Assembly: GCF_009914755.1 (NCBI RefSeq)
Contig: NC_060937.1
DNA from: the human T2T-CHM13v2.0 reference genome, Homo sapiens
Strand: one strand, 5' to 3'
DNA length: 64,000 nucleotides
Shown: positions 56,030 to 64,000 of the stretch, in pieces
Layout of the letters: the number at the start of each line of letters is the position of its first letter
How positions within the stretch are numbered: position 1 is the stretch's first letter
Translations under genes and position numbers: made by a program
The notes under the pieces: model-generated
Seen by the model: the letters and a program-made list of their open reading frames with translations, nothing else
The model's database searches: none
What the model was told of the DNA's origin: nothing

Positions 56030-59000
56030 AAAGATGTTTGTTAGGTGTAGTTGGCTTACAACATTGTTTATGTTTTTTAATTTCACTCTTCACTGTCAGC
56101 CTAGTTTTATCAATTACTGAAGTTAGAGTATTGAGTTTCCAATATTGTCATTGAGTTGTCTATTTCCCATTTCAATACTTTCATTTTTCGTATATTCTGA
56201 GTCTATGTTTTTCTGTGCATACATGTTTATAATTGTTGTGTCTTCCTAATGGATTGATGATTTTAAAAACAAATTTTATTGTGCACATGTGAGGTTTACT
56301 ACATGACGATATGGGATACATATAGGTAGTAAAATGGTTATTATAGTGAGGCAAAAGAATATATTAATCATTTAACTTTTTATGATGATAAAATATTTCT
56401 TTGTCCCTAGTAAGAATTTTTTCCTTAAGTATCTGATATTAGTATAGCCATGTAACTCTCTATAGTTGATGTTTGCATGACATATTTTTTCTAAACTTTT
56501 ACTTTAAACCCATATGTAACAATCTTGTTTGAATTAATACCCATTTGATTTCAGTAGTACACAAATACTGTGTTTCTCTGTAGTTCCATTAACTCCTCAC
56601 TTCTTTGTTCTATTATTTTCATAAAAATTATATCTTTTTACATAACAAGTCATAAAAAGTTTTATAATTTTAAAACAACTTTATGCAGTAATCTTTTAAA
56701 TTATTCTGGAGATAAGAATAGCTACAAACAATATATGTTTATATTGTTTTTATGTTTACTTAACTAACTACCTTTATTGGTATTGTTTGTTTCTTTATGG
56801 GAATTTATTTAACTTTCTAGTTTTTATTTTTACATGAAGTTCTTTTTATTTTTCTTGCAAATTTTCTTCAACAATCATTCTTATTTTATTCTCTCGTAAT
56901 AGTATACAATCTCAGCTAATTGTTTTTGACAAGCACAGTTGAAAACAGCTTTGTTACCAAATAACTCTGTTTTTATCTTGAAATGGTTTCCTCTACTTCA
57001 TTTTTGTAGGATTATTATGCTGCATATAGAATTCTTGGTTGAGAGTTCTCCTTCCTCTTGCTGCTACCACCAACACTCTAAATATGTTATTCCAGTTTCT
57101 GCTGGTTTCCATGGTTTCTGGTGAGAAAGTGGTAGTAAAATTATTGAGGATTCCCTTTGATAACTCAGGTTTCTCTCGTAAATTTCAAAATTCTTTCCTT
57201 GAGTTTTACTTTTAACAGTTTGATTACAATATGTCTGTATCTTTTGGGATTATTCTGTTTGGAGTTCATGAAGGTTTTGCATGTATAGATTAATATTTAT
57301 GATAAATCATGTAATTTGATGTTTTGGGCCATCATTTATTTAAATATTCTTCCTGCTTCTTTCTCTCGCCCATGTCCTTCTGGAACTCTTCTTCTGAGAC
57401 GACTTCTGGGATTTTCATACTTTAGTATGCTTGAAATATTCCACAGGTCCCATAGACTACTCATTTTTTTTCATTCTTTTTCTTTTTGTTTCTCAAACTG
57501 GGTAATCTAAATAGACCCATATTCAAGTCTACTAATTCTTTATTATGCTAGTTCAAATCTATTATCAAGATATCAGAGTGCAGACTGGCCAAGATGGTGA
57601 AACCCCATCCCTACTAAAAATACAAAAATTAGCCAGGCATGGTGGCACGTGCCTGTAGTACCAGCTACTTGGGAGGCTGAAGCAGCAGAATCACTTGAAG
57701 CTGGGAGGCGAAGCCTGCACTGAGGTGAGATTGTGCCGCTGTTCTGCAGCCTGGGTGAAACAGCAAGACTCCGTCTCAAAACAAAACAAAACAAATTTAG
57801 ATTGTATTTTTCAACTCCAGATTTTCTATTAGGTTCTTTTTATAATGTCTATCTCTTTGTTGATATATTCTATTTAGTGAGGCATTATTTTTACACTTTT
57901 ATTTTGTTATTTAGATATGGTTTTCTTTAGTTATGTATTATGTTTAAAATAGATAATTGTTTTTATCTAGACAATCCAACATGTGAGCTTCCTCAGGGAA
58001 CCTTTCTATTGATGCTTTTTTTATTATTCTTTTGTATGGACCATGCATTGTAGTTTCTTTAAATGTTTCAAAAGTTTTTGTTGAAACCTAGACAACTTAA
58101 ATAATATATTATGGCAACTTCTAAAATCATGTTCTTCCCCTTTTCCAGGGATGGTTGTTGGTTTTAAGTGATTTGCTGTGCTGCTTTTATACCATGTGTA
58201 TTCTTTATAATGTATGACCATTAAGTTTCTCCTTATTTAGATTAATGGTCAACTAATGATTGCAAAGAGATTTTCTTTAACATCTGAAACCAGTAAGTCT
58301 CCTAGACTTTCCTAACAGGCTCTCTTTCTGTGTCGAGGCAGGCTGTTAATGCTCAGACAGTTAGCTTACAACTCTGTCTTAGCCTTTACCTTCCTGTTTG
58401 TGCAGACTTAACGTTAGACAGAGCTAAAAGCTTAGGGCCTTCTCAGGTCTTTTCTAGCTATGCATACAGCTTAACATATGTACATGGCCTTATTGATATC
58501 CCCAAATTTGTCTTTGTTTTCAAAGCGCCCCCATGGACATCTCCTTTACCAGCCTTCCCTCTGAAGTTTTTTGCTGACTTTCTTGTTTGCCCTAATTGTT
58601 ATCACGGCTTCAAGTGGGCATAATTTTAAACAATTTCTGCTGATTATTTTTGCAAAACATCACTGAGAACAGGTTGTGAACACTGGAAGAGCTCTAAGAT
58701 AGGTGAAATGAAGACACTCCTTCTGAACGGGGGTTTCCATGAAACTGCCAGACAGGTCAAGTAATGACAATTCTCAGGAGTGGTGCTTTAGGGAAATCCA
58801 ATCTGCGTTTTCTAGTTTCAGTGGCTACTAGGCTGGTGATTTTCATTATGATTACAAGTCTGTATGTTTTCAAGGTTACTGTTGAACTGCTGAAAGGAGG
58901 GTTGGAAAGGGGCTAGTTAAATGCTACAAAGCTCACTGTTCTTACTGAGACACCCATTTTTCTTGAATGAATGCCTCTTGAATTTTTGCAAGATTTGAGT

Positions 59001-59100
59001 TCATTTCTGAAAAAATAAGTTTAGACAATTTTTATCAGTGGTCTCATATGGAAAAGAGCATTTTGGGAGTCAGTACACTGTCATTTCCCCTGATATTTCC
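56030..59100 (-). mobile_element. Old L1M (L1MC/L1MD-like) 5' region: endonuclease, ORF1 and 5'UTR relics
   Basis: Antisense L1M motifs: ctgatattagtatagcca, ggtttctggtgagaaagt...attattgaggattccc, tttctcaaactgggtaatc. Fragmented. Confidence 0.6.
57581..57795 (+). mobile_element. 5'-truncated AluS with a (CAAAA)n tail
   Basis: ctggccaagatggtgaaacccc...gcaagactccgtctcaaaacaaaacaaaacaaa. Confidence 0.9.
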
Positions 59101-59380
59101 CTGTATTTATTTTTTTACTCCATGTATTTCATAAGTCACCATTATCAAATAAATTTGTTTACCTTATCGTTGCCTCTGTGATTGTGTTTAGCTTCATCAA
59201 TTTATGTGTTGAGAGATAGTTAAGAATTTTTCCAAAAAAAAACTCTTGTAAAATATTGACTGTGGAAAAGCAGTTATTTATCATTCTTATAGGCAAATAA
59301 TTTTGGAGAATGTAGAAAATTGTATTATAGTCACAACTTTGATGGCAAGTTTATAAAGTTATGGTATCATGAGATAATTA

Positions 59381-59438
59381 TATTACACTGGTGCAAAAGT
59401 AATGGCAAAACCTCAATTACTTTTACAACAAAGTAATA
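59381..59438. mobile_element. MADE1 (mariner-derived MITE), internally deleted
   Basis: Inverted structure tggtgcaaaagtaatggcaaaacctcaattacttttacaaca with TA flanks. Confidence 0.65.
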
Positions 59439-59789
59439 GAAGCATTTAATTACAAATATTGGTATAATAATTGGTATAAACTTGCACATATTTTACAAGA
59501 TAAAATTCAACCAAATAAACCAAACCAGACCCAAAATGAGAAATGCAGTATGAGAGCCTCTATTTCTTTTGCACAAGGTTGCTTTTAACTAAAAATATTT
59601 GTGAGGGGAGTCTTGTGATATATGTTCTTTAAAAAGTCTTTGTTCAGCAGCTGTTATTAATACATTTTATATGTTTTGTTTTGTCCATTTTAAATTTAGG
59701 CTGCTTTTGTTCAAGTGAGTGAAAATAAGAGATTGATTTACAGTGGTCCATAAATACAGCACAGAGGAAATAACATACACTTTAATGAT

Positions 59790-60020
59790 AATGCTACAAG
59801 CAAATTATACGTATTGAGCATTGATTATATGTCAGAGTATGCATTAAGTGTTTAAGTCAATCATCATAGCAAGCTCATAAGGCAGGTTCTACAATTATAC
59901 TTATTTTATAGATACAGAAATTGGGGTTTCAAAAGATTAAAAACTTATCAAGTTTGTAATAGCAAAGCCAACTAAATCTGTGTCTGTCTGATTCCAACCC
60001 CAAGCTATTAGTCACTAACT
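59790..60020 (-). mobile_element. MIR SINE
   Basis: tattgagcattgattatatgtcag...attttatagatacagaaattgggg...tgtctgattcca. Confidence 0.7.
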
Positions 60021-60039
60021 TTTATGGTCTCTCAACCCA

Positions 60040-60235
60040 AGTATTATGAAGTTATATGTTTAAATCTGAATTCTGATCATTCCTAACTGTACAAACATGG
60101 GAAAAACAATTAAGTTCTAATTTTCAAATCTGTTCATTGTAGATAATATTCAACCTCACTGTTTTGTTTTTGAGGATTAAATAAACTAATTCATGTGAAT
60201 TACCAAGTACAGAGTAAAGAGATTATAAATATTCT
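60040..60235 (+). mobile_element. MIR fragment
   Basis: gtttaaatctgaattctg...tgaggattaaataaactaattcatgtgaa. Confidence 0.5.
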
Positions 60236-60289
60236 TAACCCCTGAATTACATGATTAGAAATTCAACATTGGAAAATAATTTCAGCTTC

Positions 60290-60798
60290 TAAGGAGAAAA
60301 GGAAAGTATAAAAATTCAGAAACTTCTATTTCAGGAAGATTTTTTGCACACCAGTAAACAACTTAAATATTTGCCTCCAGAAACTTCCCCCAAAATTCAA
60401 TGATCTGAATGATAGACTGATTAAGCAACCCCCTTATCAGGAAAACAGGATACTTAGCTGCTTAATTAGCTCCATTCTGAGGACAATATTTCTCAACTCC
60501 TAAATTATCAATTGATTAATCATCAAGACTTGCTTCTGATCTTTGCCTTACTGTTTTCAGGAATCCTACTATGAAATAGGTGCACAGTTCCACTCAGATA
60601 CTTACATTGGAAGGCTCCCTTTAAATGATTTGATCTTTTACCAAAACCCCATAAAAATCTATCACTCACCTTTCTCCTTCTGTGACATTACACAGACACT
60701 GGCAAGAGGCTGTTTTTCCTTAGTGCAGTGAACTAATAAACTTGATTTTGCCTTGTTGGTAAACTATTTCAGTGTTATTTTAAAACTGTTGGTAATCA
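60290..60798 (+). mobile_element. Old ERV1 LTR (MER110/MER90-like)
   Basis: TATA-like cccataaaaatc, then tttccttagtgcagtgaactaataaacttgattttg (poly(A) signal), ending ...tca. Confidence 0.45.
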
Positions 60799-60849
60799 GT
60801 GAAGAAAGATATACACTAGGGACACGAGTCACTCAAAAGAATTACTATG

Positions 60850-61672
60850 TACCATCTATTCAACATATATTTATTGAGCACCTCTTTGTGTGCTGAAGAT
60901 TGTGCTGCACACCAGAAAAATCAGTAAGAATTCCTGTTCTTCAGTGAACATACAAAGGCCATAGATTGTATGAATCATTATGTTTTAGCCATTGAAAATA
61001 GATGAAAATATTATAAATACATAATTACATATTATGCTAAAAGTTATAAAGAAGATGGAGGAAAAAGATGCTGAATATAGGGTAGAGGATGTAGAGATGT
61101 GGTTGCAATTACAGAGTAGTCACTTCACTGAGCAGGTGACATTTGATTGAAGGTTAAAGGTGCAAGTGTTGCTGATTTCCAGAGAAAGGCATTCCAAGCA
61201 CAGAAAGGAAGTACAGCTATTGCACTTAGGATGATGTCTGGAGGATTCAAGTTACAGTAAGGACAGTGTAAATGCAGTGCAAATAGAAAATTAATTCAGA
61301 GAGTTTTCTTGTGGTAAAGGTTGAAAGTGAACAGTAAGAATATCAATAAAAGGACTTTCTTGGCCATTAAATTAAAAGAGAAGACAAAAAATAGAATTAT
61401 GAACAGAGAAAGATCATGATATGACCTAAATTTTAAAAGGATTACAGTGGTTTTGGGGTGGGAGTGGATTATAGGGAAGGGAAGGTGGTAGCATACAGAG
61501 CAATTAGAAAGCAAATGTATCAAGAGAAGAGATAAGGGACAGCAGTAACAAAAATGAAAGTATTGTGGTATTGTTCACAGCCAGTTATGTGAAAGCAGAG
61601 TTAGCAGGCTTTTGAAATTGATTTGCTATGTAGTGTGAGAGAAAAAGAGGAATCAAGGATAATCCCAAAGCA
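60850..61672 (-). mobile_element. L2a 3' fragment
   Basis: attcaacatatatttattgagcacct...cttcactgagcaggtgacatttga...gtgagagaaaaagaggaatcaaggataatcccaa. Confidence 0.8.
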
Positions 61673-61782
61673 CTGTATGTGTCAAACCCTCTGTTTGTGT
61701 TTTTGACCATGTGCATACAAGATAGACAAGGACACTTCCTCACTGGACTAGAGTCCAATGGAATTTGAAAATCTAAGAAATT

Positions 61783-61910
61783 GGCTGGGCGTGGTGGGTC
61801 ATGCCTGTAATCTCAGCACTTTGGGAGTCCGAGGTGGGTGAATCACTTGAGATGAGGAGTTCGAGACCATCCTGGCCAACATGGTGAAAACCTGTCTCTA
61901 TTAAAAAAAA
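61783..61910 (+). mobile_element. Alu left monomer only (AluS-type) with a TSD
   Basis: ggctgggcgtggtgg...cctggccaacatggtgaaaacctgtctctattaaaaaaaa. Flanks aaaatctaagaaatt / aaaatctaacaaatt. Confidence 0.9.
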
Positions 61911-62221
61911 ATCTAACAAATTAAAGTTATTTTATTACTATTAAACAATAGATTCCCTTTTAGTATTATATATCAGTAACTTGAGCTTGGTTAATATGAA
62001 TGTTTCCTATCTAACTTGAGGGCATTTACAAAAAAAAAAAGTTTATGGCAGCAAAAGTGAAAACTGGAACAAGAATTGTGCAAAATTTTACCGAAATATT
62101 GACTGTCACCTGTAGTTGTCTAACAAAAAAACCCTAAAATTGCCAAGTCTATCTAAAATTCCTAAAATAGTTATCTACATTAAAATGATGTTATTGAAAA
62201 CTAAAACTAAAGTTCATAATA

Positions 62222-62850
62222 CTTTTTAAATATTTCATTATGTTAAAAATACATAAAGTGTACCAGCTTAATCATCTGTTAGTGTACAGTACAATAGTGT
62301 AACTGTATGCACATTGCTGTGCTATAGATCTCTAGAATTTTTCACATTGTGAAACTGAAGCTCTGTGTACATTGAACAACTCCTCTCTTTATCTTCAGCA
62401 CTTGGCAACCACCATTTTATTTTCTGTATCTAAGAGATTGACTACTTTAGGAGGAATCATGTACCATTTTCCTTTTTGTGACTGGTTTATTTCACTTAGC
62501 AAGGTTCATCCATGCTGTAGTGTATGATAGGATTTTCTTTATTTAAAAGTCAAAATATTTTATTGTACTTGCAAACCTCATTTCCTTTATCCATTCATTC
62601 ATTGATAAACATTTGGGTTGTTTCTACACCTTGCCTCTTGTGAATGATGCTGTAAATGAATATGAATGTAGAAATATAGCATGGAGATCTCGTTTTCAAT
62701 GATTTTTGATATATACTCAGAAGTGAGATTGATGGATCACATGGTGATTCTCTTGAAAGTTCTTGAGGGATCTCCATACTGTTTTCAATAGCAGTTGTAC
62801 CATTTTACATCAGAAATGTAAAAGGGTTTTGATTTTTCCACATTTTCAAT
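62222..62850 (-). mobile_element. L1MA/L1MB 3' end fragment
   Basis: agtgtacagtacaatagtg...tgaaactgaagctctgt...tttccttttatccattcattc-like motif; ORF 62595-62777 is an ORF2 C-terminal relic. Confidence 0.8.
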
Positions 62851-62997
62851 GAAATTTTCAACGAAATTAAATTGTTTAGTTACACAACTAGTAATTGGCA
62901 GAGTTAGGGTTTGACCTTAGCTAACTTGCTATAGTATGTATATCTGCTACATCATTTCTTCTTAAAACTATTAAAATATTACATGCACATTAAGTTC

Positions 62998-63457
62998 TGT
63001 ATTAATTCAGAAACAGAAGCTGCTGTAATTGAGTAAACTTAAAATATCATTAGCTTAGCATAATAAACGTTTAACTTTCACTCACCTGAAGTCCAACTCA
63101 AAGCAGGCAGTTAGGGATTACAGATATTTTATCCAGTCACTAAGGAACACAGGCAGATTAATCCTTTTTTGGTAGCAACATGTGATTCTTAAAGTCACAT
63201 TGGATGCCTACAAACCAGCTGAAAAATGGGAAGACAAAGCATGAAGAATAGCATCAAAGGTTTTTATGCACCACACTTAGAAGTACTGTATGTACCTTCC
63301 ATCCACAACTTAATAGCTTTGACTTGGCCACAAGGTTTCATCTAGATGTTATTAAGGATGGAAAATAGAATCCCTGACTGAGCACAAATTTTCAAATACA
63401 AACTCTATCCAGTGGAAGTATAGTACAAATATATTCTGAACAATACCTTCTGCTACA
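62998..63457 (-). mobile_element. Old MLT1 (MLT1J-like) MaLR LTR
   Basis: tgtattaattcag...gctgctgtaa...aaggaacacaggcaga...tctgctaca; diverged. Confidence 0.5.
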
Positions 63458-64000
63458 AGTACTCTATTTGCTATAGATTCTTCTCTCATATGTAAAGAAA
63501 TACTTTCATATTTAAAAGACTTTTATATAAGACATAAAACTAACGTGGATAGTTGTTCATCTGCAATGATATTTTTCTCACAAAATTATACGTTATAATT
63601 TATTTTTAAATTCACTAGAACTTTTATGAGGGGTGGATATGGAGGCCAGCTGACACTTAATTGACATCCTTTTCACTGAGGTTTTCTTACTAAAAATCTA
63701 GATTGGGGGAACTACATAAATATACAGTTTTCCTGTAATCTTCCATCAATTTTTAATCTTTTATCTGTGTGTCATTTCTTATATACATTTTCTTTCTATG
63801 TCTACTTTTTGTGCTTCATTTGGAGTAACCTGCCTTTTGATTTTATTAATTGGTTTGTTTAGGATAAGGCATATACATAAATCTGAATTGGGCTATAGAC
63901 ATATTTATAATTGTACATATAGTTATGCAGATATTGATATGGAAATATGATCATATAGTACAATGCTATTTTTGATCAATATAATTTTTTAAAACAGCAC

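Overview
This is an AT-rich, CpG-poor primate (very probably human) intergenic or deep-intronic window with no credible protein-coding gene, RNA gene or CpG island. By eye, about half of it is interspersed repeats: many L1 fragments of different ages (including a ~5.6 kb L1PA on the minus strand that retains both ends), several Alus, ERV1 and MaLR solo LTRs, two Tigger3b-type DNA transposons, MER53, Charlie1, MADE1, MIR and L2 relics. The longer ORFs in the track are decayed L1 ORF2 pieces, antisense L1 frames or Alu-derived frames. I found no evidence of a new biological system. The most noteworthy structures are a 13 x 32 bp AT-rich array bracketed by a 24-bp inverted repeat, an unexplained ~157-bp direct repeat 1011 bp apart, several nested insertions with visible target-site duplications (TSDs), a TSD-flanked left-monomer-only AluS, and a candidate PBX-HOX/MEIS motif cluster. 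Subfamily names come from remembered consensus sequences, and the boundaries of old repeats are approximate; both need RepeatMasker/Dfam confirmation.
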